Below, piece by piece: positions 38,958 to 52,086 of a DNA stretch of 64,000 bases. The DNA is from Lepidodermella squamata. Lineage: Eukaryota; Animalia; Gastrotricha. The translations under genes and the position numbers were made by a program. The stretch spans positions 2,170,001 through 2,234,000 of the forward strand of contig JBLDXI010000019.1 of NCBI GenBank assembly GCA_047495785.1, given 5' to 3'. A model generated the notes under the pieces. It made no database searches and was not told where the DNA came from. It was given only the letters and a program-made list of their open reading frames with translations. How positions within the stretch are numbered: the first letter of the stretch is position 1; the number at the start of each line of letters is the position of its first letter.

Positions 38958-41900
38958 ATGCAAAGGATCGTGGCATATTTGGGTTTGTTAACATGACCGG
39001 AAATTAATGCCAAATTTACTTTCATTCCCCTTCTCTCAGTATTTGCGGCTGGAATAGCCAGATGTCAAAACTTGATGTGTTCTGGTGGAGTCTACCAACC
39101 TCAATATTCTCTCAACGACACAACAGGCCAAACGACATATTGGGACTACTTTTACAACGCAAATATAAACAATGTCAATCAAACTCTAGGAACGACCCGC
39201 TTGATAGCGGCAAATGTCCCAGCTGACGGGGCAGTTTGGGCGAAAACGGTATTTTTCAGGTTAAAGATTACAGATAATTGTATCCCAATTCTCGCAGCCT
39301 TTCGCGCTCGATGACTTCTACGCAGAAGTTACCATGAAAATTGGACCATTTACGAACTCAAGAATGTATGGTTTCGCTTTCGTCTTATCGAACAATGCCG
39401 GGATCTATCGACCAACCAATGGCTCTATCTTGGACAACGAGTGGCAGTATGGTGTTAGGCGAGGAAACCATTTGGGTATGCAATGAAGACGTATCTGCCG
39501 CATCTGAGGATTCGCAACTTTTTTAGGATTGACCGTCTTCATGACGCCATATGCCAAAGGAGTTACCGGTGGGTTTTTCAGTGAAACTGACGATACAAGA
39601 TGGTGGAGTTGGGGATCCGATTGCGGAAGTCTTGAATGGTGTTGGCAGTCAACAAATTCGTTCGTGGACCAATTCTACAAAAATCAGCAGGTCACGTGGA
39701 TGATAAGGATGCAAAATAGAGTTCTCTCTGTAGACGCCTGCATTTTTGGAACAAGCACCTGCACGAAGACGCTGAGTAACATTGCAATGCCAACATCTTT
39801 CCAGACGACTTTTGGTCACATTTCGACTTTTCTCGGAATTGCAGCTTCGGAGCGATATTCAGGGGTCAATATCGACCTGATTTCCGTCAACATTTGGCAG
39901 TGTGGGTCCTCAGCCGCGACAACATCACCTGTGAGCTCCTGCTGAATCTATTTTCTCTCTAAACTTGAGACTTTCTCCGTTTTCAGGTCAAGCCTCAACC
40001 TTTGATGTGTCCTGGCGGAACTCACAAGCCCCTTCTCTCATTCGAAAAGCAAAGTGACTTCAGCTCGAATTGGCTTCACTACAGTTTCCCAAATCTGAAC
40101 CTTAGCAGCCAAACGAGTCCTTGTGCCGTGCGATTGGTGGATGAAACGGCCGAAAGTGTTGGATCAATATGGGCGAAAGCTGTAAGATCTGATTCGAATG
40201 AATGACTTAAAGTGGCTTATATCTTTCTGTATCGTAGCCGTTTGACTTGAATGATTTTTACATCGAAGTGGTTGCGGAGATGAAATTTGATACGTCTACC
40301 ACACCAGACGGATGGATCCTTACTATCTCTAACCAAGATGGAATCAACAGACCACCAAATGGTTTTTTCTCCCCTGGAGATTATCATTTTGGCATGAACC
40401 GTTGGAGTGTTCTTGGTAAAATTTCGTTATAAATCGCTGATATTCGCCGTTATCGGTGTTCAATGCAGGATTAACGGTTTACAATTATCCTGACGAGTCT
40501 GCTGTCATGGCGAATTTTATGAATGTAACCGATGGAAACAAGTGGTATGGCTACTGCTCGTGGATGGACTGGTGTTATCCGGTCAGCCAATTTTTCTTCG
40601 ACTCCTACTACTCAGCCATCGCTTTGTGGCAGATCCGAGTACAGCAGAACAACTTGACTATCGACGTTTGCAACTACGGCACAAGCATCTGCCAGAGAAC
40701 AATTCAAGTTACGATGAATAAAACGATGGCTACTGCCTTTGCGGGTTGGAACATGTCGTTGGGCATCGCAGCTCAGAATGACGACACGAATCTGTCTCCT
40801 GTTGATATTTATTCTGTGAATGTGTGGGATTGCTCGACATCGACGCCCTCGACTACCGTTAGCCCGACTAACTGGGTACTGCCAGCTGGCGCTTCGTTTG
40901 GCCCGGTGAGCTGTTTGGCAACGACTACAACGAATTCTGAATCTTCGACATCACCAGTCGCCGTTACATCGACATCGGCCTCAAAGTCGACAGTAGGCCA
41001 AACGAGCTCGTTGAAGACAAGCAGCACAGTAGTAGTTTCAAGCAGTTCCACGACTTCGAAAACGTCACCAACGGCTCCCGTAGCAACAACTTCTGCTGCG
41101 ACAACATCTGATTTCCCAACGACGACAGTTAGAGAATCGGTAAGTCCTCGCTACTATAGATTGGAAATTTTCAACAGTTATGGAAATTCATTTAGACAAC
41201 GGACGAGATAGTAATACCACTCTCTACTTCAAAACCAGCCACGAATTTTAAATATCCCGCCAACTTTTCAAGTGGGGGCAAATCGAGTTAGCCGCAGATT
41301 TCAATTTTCATCCTGAATTTCATTGCATTTATTGACAGACACTGACGTGATACAGAGAAAGCTGGCGTCATTTGCAAAATTCTCATCTCAACAACTGCAA
41401 ATGCTAATCGAGTTCGTGGACGAAATTTCCGAGCTTCCGATGGCTAATATCACGGCTAAAGAGCTGCAAAAAGACTGCAAAGACTTCTTGCCAACCAGAA
41501 CTGCTCCACCACCAAACGAAACGTCGCCAGTATTCAGCATCAGACCTGCATTAGGGATAGATAAGCTAATCGAAATCGACACTGTCGAGCAGAAGATATC
41601 AGTGGTTGGAACTTTACTCCTTTCGTGGTCAGTCACAACCTGTCCAGATGATACTGTCGACATATTTTCGAGTCGACCCAAAGAGCAACTTTACGTCGCC
41701 CAAACTAGTGAAGTCTGGACCCCGGCTTTCAGGTTCGTCAACAGCGTGACTGGGACAATCTACATGCAAACCACTGACGAATTCGGCGAAGATTTGGTCG
41801 TAACTATTGACAAGCAGTCTACCTCCCCTAATCGCTCCCTTGACTTCTACTGGTTGAAAGATGGCACGTTCTCGGCATCTTGCAAGTTGGACCTCGGCGA

Positions 41901-42552
41901 CTTTCCTTACGATCAGCAGAGCTGCTTATTCATTTTCGCTCTGAATCGAGCTGTTGGACTGATCTCGTTTCACAGCCCGATATTTTTGTGGCAAAGTGAA
42001 GATGTCGCCGGTAGCTGGAGATACATCGGCCATTCATCTGGGCTGGTAACCAGTCGTTACAAAGGGAAGCAGGTTAGCACGGTATACTACGCAGTGACGC
42101 TGAGTCGAAATCCTGACTTTTACCTGTTCAACCTCGTCATGCCTTGTGCCTTACTCTTCGTAATGGAAATTGCGTCCTTTGTCCTACCACCTGCTTCCCC
42201 GGATAGACCAGCTTTCACCATGACAGTTCTACTCGCATTCGGGGTAGCCCAATCCAGCGTTGTCAGCCTTATTCCACAAAGCTCAAGTAGGATTTTATTA
42301 GGTGATTACGTAACCGGTCTGTCATGGTTGTGTTGCGTCTGTGGCCTGTATCAACTAGTTGTTTGCTGTTATGAACATTGCGATGCTGGGTATTTATCCT
42401 CTTCCAAGTTGAGCAAGGCTGAACCTTCTTTTCTGGAGTTGATCGCTGTGCGAATCGGTTTTGTTCGTTGCGCCGATATTGCCTGCGCCTTCATGTGTGT
42501 TATTGCTTTTATCAGCCTGCATGGTTATTTAGCTTATGTGAATTCGATATGA
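38958..42552 (+). CDS. Lectin-fused Cys-loop ligand-gated ion channel subunit, copy 3 (1054 aa); exons 38958..38982, 39040..39248, 39298..39475, 39527..39930, 39987..40181, 40238..40415, 40469..41139, 41196..41286, 41339..42552
   Basis: All eight introns are canonical GT-AG and the frame is continuous. Signal MQRIVAYLVFAAGIARC; same architecture as copy 2 with a ~110-aa stalk. Confidence 0.9.
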
Positions 42553-43474
42553 TAATGAATGTTCATATTCTACTTCTTTCCTTTTGGCTTACCTTTTGTA
42601 TTACAGGTGAGGAGACGAGCTGCTACCTACAATCAGTACAATATTGCCCCCTCTAATAATTTTAGTTAAATTAACTTCAAATTTAATATAATTTCTCAAC
42701 TAACCTTCCCTGTAGATGGTTATCGAGACGTTGGGCGAAAACTAAACGTATTAATTTTTGTCAACAAGGAATATTTATCCCATAAAAAACTTGTAATACG
42801 TCAATGATGTTAAAGTTAATAGCCTGAATTGTTTTAAAAAGCTTTGAAGAATCACTCAACCTCAATGATTACGTGCCTTGATTAATAATTATCTCGTATT
42901 TGCTTCAAGAATTTTGTTGATCGATGTCCTTACAAGCTCGACTAATTACATATATATACTTGTATCGTGCGTTCAATAAAATTCCAATTATTTTCCTTGT
43001 AAATATTTGATTTTAATCAATTCATTTATATTTATCTCATTCACCGGAAAATTATGATGAACATAAAAACTTGTGAGAGTCTTATATTATATTAGTATTG
43101 CTGCAATTACATATTTTTTCGCTACAGGTGGTCTTGAAAGTAAGCAATTAATTTTTTATATAAAACTAATCCACGTGACCTGAAGCATCTAAATTCCGAA
43201 GAGTCAATATTTAATTGTTGCTATTTTTGAAAATTACGCAGCAGCTGGCGCTTGTTTATCATTGCGCCACCCATTATCTTACATCCTGAGAAAACAATAT
43301 CGGCGTGCATCTCAACGACCGTTTTATTTTTGTTAGAAACCCATTTTTGCCTCGATCAGACTATTTTACACGCGCAGCCAAGTTTTACTAAAGCAGATCA
43401 TCATTTTTATTAGGTCGTTATATTCGTACGCATTGTTTTATATTCGTTTTTCGGTGAATTTTAAATCTAAGTAA

Positions 43475-43700
43475 TGATCATATCTCATCTAGAAGGACGA
43501 GATAGCTTAGCCTTCTCAAAGTTGCCTGCAAAGCACATAAAATGTAGGGCTGGAAAGCTCAGCAAACCTTAAAGGTCCCGAACCTTACCGGACCTTATTG
43601 GAACCTTATCGGGCATGATGAGAATAGGGAAAAACTTATGATTTTACCATCAAATTTGATAGGGCCAAGTTACCTCAGGCTTCTAGATGAGATATGACCT
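43475..43700. mobile_element. Small MITE
   Basis: TIR core TCATATCTCATCTAGAAG / CTTCTAGATGAGATATGA with TAA flanks. Confidence 0.6.
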
Positions 43701-43893
43701 TAACTCAAGCGTGAAAAGCAGAATATTACGGTAAAGTCTAGGAAAGTCCAGATATTTAACGTTCCATCACTCTCCATCATGGGAATCTCAAAGTATATCT
43801 CATTGCTAGTGTAAATGTAACTTCAAGAAACAAATAACCATCAAATTTCTGCTGCGTGGCTGCATTCACAGTTTGAACGGTTTTCTCTAACAG

Positions 43894-45180
43894 TCGATCG
43901 ATATGGGGCTCATCTCAAGAATCGCAACTGTATCTTATGTAACAATATGTCTCGCAGCTTCATGCAGATCGAAAGCCACTAGCGGCCTGCAGAATCCTTT
44001 ATTAGAAGAGGCTTACCAGCGCTACTGCCCAGCATCTGGTTGACTAACAAACTGCAACCAATTGAAATTTTCGTCGACTTTTCTCTCTTTCGATTCGTTG
44101 GCATAGATGATCTCGCACAAAGGTAACTGCTATTTGGTTGTTGAACATTTTCAATTTATATATACCTATTCAAGCATGTCTCTGCTGGTTTCAATGTCTT
44201 TTTCGTGGACGACAACGTGTCCAAGGCCAAGTTGTGTTGACCTGTACCAGAATGAGACGCTTTGCCAGATCTTGAATGACAAGGGACTGATCGACGAAGC
44301 AGCTATATTCAGGCCCGTTAATGCTGGATGGTACCCATCGGTCACTCATGCAAACTACTTCAACAATCCGAAGCCATTCTTGAAGTAACATTGTGGAGTG
44401 CAAATAACTTATTTGCATCTACTTCTTAATTGTAGGCAGCCAGACCAGCAGATAATGTGGATATACCCCTTTACACCAGATGGAAAAACCTTCTACGCAT
44501 TCGAAGGCACTCGCCTCGACACGGCTTGCGATCAATTTTCGTTCAAAAAATTCCCTTTCGATACGCTTGATTGCACAATTGTTGTTGTAGGCGACGTCAG
44601 CAGTGGGCTTGTCAAGTACAAAGTCTCAAGTTACGGCGTTGATCAATCAGCTGAAAGCTCTTTTATGAGCGATGTAGATATCTGGCAGTTTTTGGGCACA
44701 GGCTCGCCCCAAGTTGGTGACGTTACACTGAGCAGTGGCGTTAATATTACTTCCATGGCATTCCCTATCACCTTCAAGCGCCGGCCTTATTACTTCGGAG
44801 CTAACATCTTCCTTCCTGTGATCTCGCTTTATTGCCTTCAGATCTCGGCCTTGATCATGACACCCGATGTCCCGGATCGGGCCGGCATTGGGGTCACGCT
44901 GGTTTTAGCCTTTTCCGTAATTCTCTCACTTGTTTTCGAGAATATCCCGAAAACCTCTGAGAAAGTCTATTTGATTGACGTGGTTATTTTCAAATTTACC
45001 ATGGGTCTGGTGCTGAACTTTTATGAGTTGCTGACGTTTGCTGTCTCGGCCTATTTCATTGAGCGGAAGCGAGACCTCAAACCAGTTCGAATCGCTGATG
45101 TAGCATTCGGCGGATGTGTGGTGCTAATTAGTATCATAATTGATGTTTACTATTTCGTGAAAATGACGAGTGACGCCTGA
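43894..45180 (+). CDS. Stand-alone divergent Cys-loop channel subunit with no lectin domains; exons ~43894..44122, 44175..44384, 44436..45180; 5' end uncertain, in-frame TAG at 43980
   Basis: IFVDFSLFRFVGIDDLAQ, WYP, CDQFSFKKFPFDTLDC, RRPYYF, PDRAGIGVTLVLAF and four TM segments. GT-AG introns of 52 and 51 nt. Confidence 0.8.
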
Positions 45181-46521
45181 AGATCACAGAAATTTTGAAT
45201 TTGAGACAGAATTGGTCCAGCTGAAGTGATACATGTGTGATAATTTTTTTAGGCCAAAGGGCGCTTTTTCCTGCACCTTTTCGCGTCCGTAGCTTTTTCA
45301 TTTCTATTTTCGTTGTTATAATTCTGCTAAATTAAAAATGAAATATAATTTAATTTCTCATCCCATTTAGAATTTCCTAACTCCTAACTGATATACGGCT
45401 TTTTACATGATATACATCGGCACGTGCGATTTTGCAAATTTTCTTTTTTTAAATTTCAGTTTTATTTTTTTGAAGGATAATGTTTATTTTTAATTAATTT
45501 TTTAAATTATTGCAATGCTGTGTATTTGACTGCAAAAAAACATAACAGGAAGCAGTATTTTTTCAGTATTTTTTCTGCGGGAAACGTGTTCCCTAGTTTT
45601 ATACGGAAAATTCCTATAGAATTGAAATTGAATCGTTATTGTTTACCTGCTCATTAAATCTGTCGCGTTTAATTTTTATATTAAGTCTCAACGGGCAGCC
45701 GACGGCTCAGGTCTCAATACAGGGCTTTTCAACGCCCTACTCTCAGCGATCCAAGAATCAAAATTCTTGCCAGGCTGCGACAGCTTCCGAATTTTTTTAT
45801 TTTCTTCGTTTTGTCAGTATAGAAGGCTCGAAATTCAGAAATTCTGCACTCAATTTCATTTTCAAGTAATAAGTAATACATCGTGTCCCATGAGTAACGC
45901 CAGCTGAGAAAATACACGGAAAAGGGTTCAGAAGGGTTAGAAGCTCTAAAATTAGAGACGAAGTCACATCTCATGGCCAGGGCTTTGTTCTGAAGTGCGC
46001 ACTTGGGGGCGACGATTGCGCAATCGGGGCGACTTTTTGTCTGGGTGCGTTTATTCAAAACGAAAATGAGGGCTGAGATTAAATGAGGGCAAATTCTTAC
46101 ATTTTGGGGCGGCAGATTTTTATTTTACCGATTAAAAAATAGATGCGATTCTTCTGGGTAAGTTAGAAGAAAATTGTGCGAGTCATTAATTTGAGGAGAA
46201 AATTTTCGGAAAACCTCGAAAATAGAATTCAAGTCAGAGTAAGAACGGTAGTCGAGATTGAGACTAAGTTGGTGAATAGAATATCAAGGGCTGTTAATTA
46301 GAGCAACTCGAATGTTCGAGATACGCGATCTAAGTCAGTCAAGCAATATATTTTCCTGGAAATGTTCATTGAAAAAGTGAAAGGAAAAGGTTCCTCCCTT
46401 ATAATTTGGTATACACGGCGTTGAGCCCAACCCTTCGATAAGCCCCTCAGAAGCACCCTTATCGCCCCCTTTTAAACCCTAATCCAAGGGGATTATTAAG
46501 CGTGCGCGTGACACGTGAATA

Positions 46522-47444
46522 CCGTATTTACTTGAATAAAGGCCGCGGCGATTATTTTCCTAATTTTTCAGAAAAGGTAAAAAAACGCGGCGATTAATCG
46601 AGTGCGGTCTTTATTCGCGTGCGGCCTTTATTTTCCTCTCTTAGCCAAAAAACGATTTTTTCAAATGTAACTTGTCTATTTCATTATTGTCACTCAATTT
46701 CGATTTCATCTTCTTCGTTTGGATCGGTTTCGGCGTCATTTTTCGCATTTTCTTCGGCGTCGACAACTTCGGGCAGTTCAATGGAATCAGTTGAGTTTGA
46801 TAGACCCAGTTTCGCCATAAGAAGCTCGAGGCCGGATTCGCAAGGATTTCCCGGCTTCAGACACCAAATTTGGTCATCCTCGGAGCCATCAACGTTGTTG
46901 GAAACGCCAACAGCTTTGAAGGATCGACGAGTCATGTCAGTGGTAACAGCGTCATGAGCTTTCAGTAGCCATTGACAAACTAGGTCCAAGCTGGGAGCCT
47001 TCATATTGCCAGACTTCGTGTACTGATAAACACCGTTCAGCATGTAGTTGTCGTACTCGTTCCGAAAAGCGTCTTTGAACGGCTTGTTCCACACTAAATC
47101 TGCGGCTTGAGCATACTTCGTACAACCAGCCGGGACAATTGCCGCGTCGATTTTGGCCTTAACCAACATAGCCTTAACATCATCGGTTAAATGGCAGCGA
47201 AATGCATCCCAGGCGAAGAGCTTGGGGCCGGGCTTTGCGTAACCAGCTAGGCGACCAATGCCAAACATAACGCGAAGGTACTCCTTTGTTAACGGCTCAT
47301 TAAACCAGCCGCGCGTGTTATAGCTGCGCTGATTAATCGCGTGCGGCCTTTATTTCGATTGTTTTTTTTAAATAACACAATTTTGCGGCGATTATTCGCG
47401 TGCGGCCTTTATTCGGAATGCGGCCTTTATTCAAGTAAATACGG
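46522..47444 (-). mobile_element. Internally deleted pogo/Tigger-family DNA transposon with DDE_1 transposase fragment (46690..~47325)
   Basis: TIRs CCGTATTTACTTGAATAAAGGCCGC with TA duplication. WDAFRCH and IVPAGCTKYAQAADLVWNKPFK motifs. No N-terminal DNA-binding region. Confidence 0.92.
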
Positions 47445-47825
47445 TAGCTCATTTTGTTTGCGTAACCAAGGAAAAATAGGAAGCCGGAAAATTCACGGGT
47501 GACAGGGCAACCACCTTATGCCGACCCTCCTCCTGTATTTAGTCACCGCTTTTGAAAAAATTGGCGGAAAAATCGTCAAGTGTAAGTAATTTATGGGTGA
47601 AAATCTTGCTCGCTGCATTTCAATTTTTTGGGCTTCGAGTAAACAATTTGAAACAAATCGTTCGGCCTGGTGATTTGGCCTGCGTTAGTAGGAATTACTT
47701 TCTAATTACACTCGCTTCAAGTGAAACGAAAAAAGGTTGGTTCAGTGCTTGACATGTTTATTCGTATCAACAGTGAGGTAAATCAATATATAAACTTTGC
47801 TGTTCAAAATGTTTATCCAGAATTT

Positions 47826-48296
47826 TCAGAATGAGATGAACTCGGGCGAAGTCGGAACGACGGCGTAGATTTCGCCATACCTTTCGATTTTCGACTTGGC
47901 AGCTTCAAGATGAAGCTCAAGAATTTCGTCTGCAAGGAAAAAAATAATATAAAATCTCCATTAATTAATAAATTCTCAAGAAAATTTCAATAATTTGTTG
48001 GAATTTAGAAATTTTCTTACAAATAACTAACCTGAAAATAAAGCTGGATGCACGATGCTCGGGCTCGACTTGTTGATGAGCAACGGGTGCCGTTCGCTGC
48101 GCCAAACAACAGGTGTCGCGGCGAGGTTACACCGGGCGATATTCCGCGTCAATTTAGCCGGCCGGCCTGTCGCGGGTCTTGGGTAGCTGCCAGCGCGATG
48201 CGGCCGAGTCGGCTTTGATCGGCGAAGTTTAATCGAGATCTTCGCCCAGCATGCCTTAGCACGGGCTTTGAGCTTAGCGACTACGACAACAGTCAT
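47826..48296 (-). CDS. Small basic hypothetical protein (122 aa); complement(join(47826..47929,48032..48296))
   Basis: The 89-aa ORF ends at a G|GTTAGT donor. A TTCCTTGCAG acceptor continues the frame (FS|DEILELHL...ISF*). Confidence 0.5.
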
Positions 48297-48775
48297 ATTT
48301 GATTAAATCGGGTATATCTATCGTACAGAAGCGCGAGATGTTTAATCGAAGCGAAACGAAATGCGGGAATGCTAGCGCGGGTGAAACTCGGGAAGAAAGC
48401 GTGGATACCGGCGAGTCAAGTGGCGTGACTAAGCGCCGTTTACTTATATATACGAACGTGCGTGCGCGCTTTGTTTACCGGCTCAGGTGAGCGTTAATTA
48501 CCTACCGGCGCCGCCTCTAATTAATTGCGTGTGCGTGATCTCACTAGGTGAGCCGCGTGGGGATGCTAAGTAGATTGAGCGTCCCACGCTTTGCCGCAAT
48601 CAGAGACAAACCGAAAATTACCGGCAAATTACCATATCAACAACCGCGCGCGAATTCCTTCAAATAATCAAAATTCGTTCAATCAAACAAAATTAATAAT
48701 TTATTATTGACAAAAATATTCAGAGTGATCAGTGAATAAAATTCAGAAAAATTAAAATATGCACCATAATTAATT

Positions 48776-51700
48776 TTATGAAATAATACTGAGAGCCTGC
48801 AATTGTCTTTCGATTTTGCTGACACCTTTTTTGAAGCTCAATAATCGATCATGTGACGCAATTCTCTCCCGCCCGGGGCCGCCGCTCTGCTTCGAACCCG
48901 TCTGATTCGACGATTTATCCCGCGAAGATTTGCCCGACCCTGAGGCGCTATCTTCATTGTCCGAAACTAGGACAGTTTTTTCTGGGACAATAACCGACAT
49001 TTTACGCTTGTTACGTAATAGCGGCAAAATCGCATTAACCCGGCCGTGAAGCGGCGGCGGCTTCATTGAACTGCGACGCCTGATATCAGTCGCCGGTGGG
49101 CCGAAATCGCCAGGATTCAACACCATTTCCAGCTTACGCCGGCGTATTTGGTTCGTCTCGGCCAATTTCGTAGCCATAACAACGGATTTAATGCTGTTCA
49201 TGCCGCCGAATCGAAGTTGCTTGATGCGGGCGTTCAACAGCCGTTGCCGATAGATTTGCTTAATGTCCTTATCGCCGGATTCTTGCAGCATGACAATGGC
49301 GTTGTCGAAGAGGCGCTGCCGCGAGGCAAATTCTTGGTGCTTCGCCTCACTGCTCAGCATCGTCTTCACGGTCAACTTTGAGCCGCGCGATTCACCGCTT
49401 TCTTTCCGCTCTGTTTTCCACTTCACCATTTGCTGTTCCTTGCTGTCAAAAAAATCGAATATTATTTATTTTACAGGATTCAAAAACAGGAAAATATAAG
49501 AAAAAATTCCTTAAAATTTGAAAAATTTGAAAAATTGTCAACAATTATTTTGGGATTCTGTACGATGAAAAAATTAAAAAACTTAATTTCAAAGAAAATT
49601 TGAAATAAATTTTGAACTGATCGACAAAAGTTTACTTGAGCAAAACTTCGGCTGATTTCTTTTGAGCGTTGAGCGTGAGCAGCATTTTGCCGAGTTTCAT
49701 CTCCTCGACGCGATTTTTCTTATCGGCCTTCAATTCGCTGCCGCCGTGGGCATATTCAACGGCGTTGTTAGGAATATCCCGCAAAACATCAGTTATATCG
49801 ACGCCCTCGCGATCGTTGTCCATGTAATACTTCATGTATTTCGTTTCATCATCTTCAACAGGTTGATTTTCTGTAAAATATATGGGAAAAATTGAGACAA
49901 ATTTGAATTATTTTGAATGCTGCGACAAGTTGAGACCGATTTCCAGATTATTTTAAATTGGGCTCCATTTTCACCGAATTTGAAAGAGCCAAGTTCAGGG
50001 ATTTAGGTTTCAAGCCTTTCCAATACTTAATTTAGTGGAGCAAATATAGCGTGTCCCATTAAAAAAAGAAAATTCACGGAAGTAAAGGCATCAGAAATGA
50101 AAGGCCAAACTATATCTTGAGGCCAGAAAAATTTTCAAAATTCAAAATATTCAAAAAATTAGTTATTTTACTTGTCAATGGGATAAAAAATTCCTAACCG
50201 GGTAAAATACCGAAAATTACCGAACCAGTTACCATCGGGGTTTTCCGGGTTTTCTCCGGCAAATTTAAAATTTCTTCGGTAAAATCGCGGATAAAGATTG
50301 GAAAATTCTCTCCGCATTAGTTATAATTTAAATTTTTTTTTTAATTTCCTCCAAAATTGAAAAATGGTTCCGCAGCTTATGGGACATGCTGCATTAAAAT
50401 CTATTTAAAGGAAAATTTCCGAAATTCTTCGAAAGATTCGTACGGCGAATATCTATGACTTTTGACTAGGCCAAATCTAAATTTCGTTTTATACTCACCT
50501 TCTTTCCACGCCTTGCGCATATTTTGAATCGAAAGTTGCGTAAATCCGCGCATTTCAGGCAGCGAAAATCGATTACGATGTTCGAAAGTCGCCGTGAACG
50601 GCCGCATTCCCATTTGCTGAAACTGAACCGCCGCCTTTTCGTCAATCAACGCGTTCGAATAGCGGCGGCGGCGCAGTTCGCGCGAAAATGACGTCCGCGA
50701 GCCGCCCGGCGCCGGATTTTCCAACGCGTCCGCCTCGCGCTGTTCTTTGAGAAACGCGGACAAGCGCCGGTCGACGGCTTCGGTCGCGCGTTTCCGGAGT
50801 AGGAACTGCTTGGTTGGCTTTGTTAGAGCCGTTACCACACCGGCGAGCTCTGTCCACCGGCGTTTAGGGCTTTTCGACATTAAGGCGGCTGCTCGCATTA
50901 TCGAACTGTCATCGGCGGAATCGAGAAGCTCTGCCAGGTATCCTATAAATGAGACAATCAAAATAAAAGTCCGATAGGTTAATTAATCATGACAATTTAT
51001 AGACATCTTCCCCTACCGGTTTTTGGATCCGGAATAAATGCGGGAAACTTGGTCGCTAAAATGGATTTCACGATTTTCAGGACAATTTTTATTTTTGAAA
51101 ATTCATTTGAAAAGGTCATGACAGCGAGGCAAAGAAAAATTATAACACGTAAATTATACCGTGTCCCAATCATTTTTTAATTATACATTTTTTGTAGGAA
51201 ATTTAATTAAAAATTGAAATTAAAATTCCAAATTTTCCAGAAAAAGCCCGGAAAACCCCGACGGTAACTGTTTCGGCATTTTCGGTATTTTTCCCGGTTA
51301 AACCCAATTTTACCGAAATTATTGATCCATTCTCGAGTGACTTGATTACTAATTAAGTATCCTGGCATTTTGAGTTTTTGTAAGATGATTAACAAAAACG
51401 GCTATTCAAGTAATATTGACCTAATAAATTAAAATCAGCGTTCGAAAATTAAATGATGAATCATCGTCATCATTTTGAAAACCCGCGCTAAATGAATTCT
51501 TTTAGAAGTATTTATAGTATCCGCTGAAAGATGATAATTATTTCGAAAAATCATTAAAAAAAATCTGGAATAACCTAGAATCTAGAGAATAGAATCTTAT
51601 TTAGACTAATTCTGCATAGAGAGCGTAAATAATAGTTAAGCTGAAATCAGCCTTACCTTGGGCTCCGTATTTTTGGCCCTGGGTGTTGTTAGCCCGGAAA

Positions 51701-52086
51701 ACTTCTCGATTAGCCTTATCGAGGTCGTCATCATCGAATACCGGACTATCCGCCTCGCCGTCAAATTCGCCATCAAAGCTGTTGCTGCTCTTCTTCGCCG
51801 CGGCTACGCTCGATCGCCGTCTGGCAGCCATTTTTTCAATCCGAGGCGACGAGCTCAAATGACGCGGCGACGATGAACCACCGCCATCAGTGCTAGTCGG
51901 TGAAGAAAGTAATGACTCGCGCCGCGATGACGTGTCACGAGATGGCGATGATGATGATGACGATGAACTGACCCAGCCGTAGCGGATTGCGGTTGGCGGG
52001 CCTGCTTTATGAAGAAGTGCGGATGCATTCCGCAGCTGCCGCTCCTCAATCGAAGCCGCGGTCACACTACTGAAACGCCTCGCCAT
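48776..52086 (-). CDS. Uncharacterised basic, largely disordered protein (591 aa); complement(join(48776..49442,49636..49870,50499..50942,51657..52086))
   Basis: Four GC-richer ORF segments joined by phase-compatible GT-AG introns (phases 1, 1, 2). Many RRxS motifs and a short coiled-coil-like segment. Confidence 0.8.

Noticed and set aside
39007-39075. Apparent frameshift in the signal peptide of channel copy 3
   Set aside because: The indel lies inside intron 38983..39039. A 25-nt first exon (MQRIVAYL), conserved in copy 2, restores the frame.
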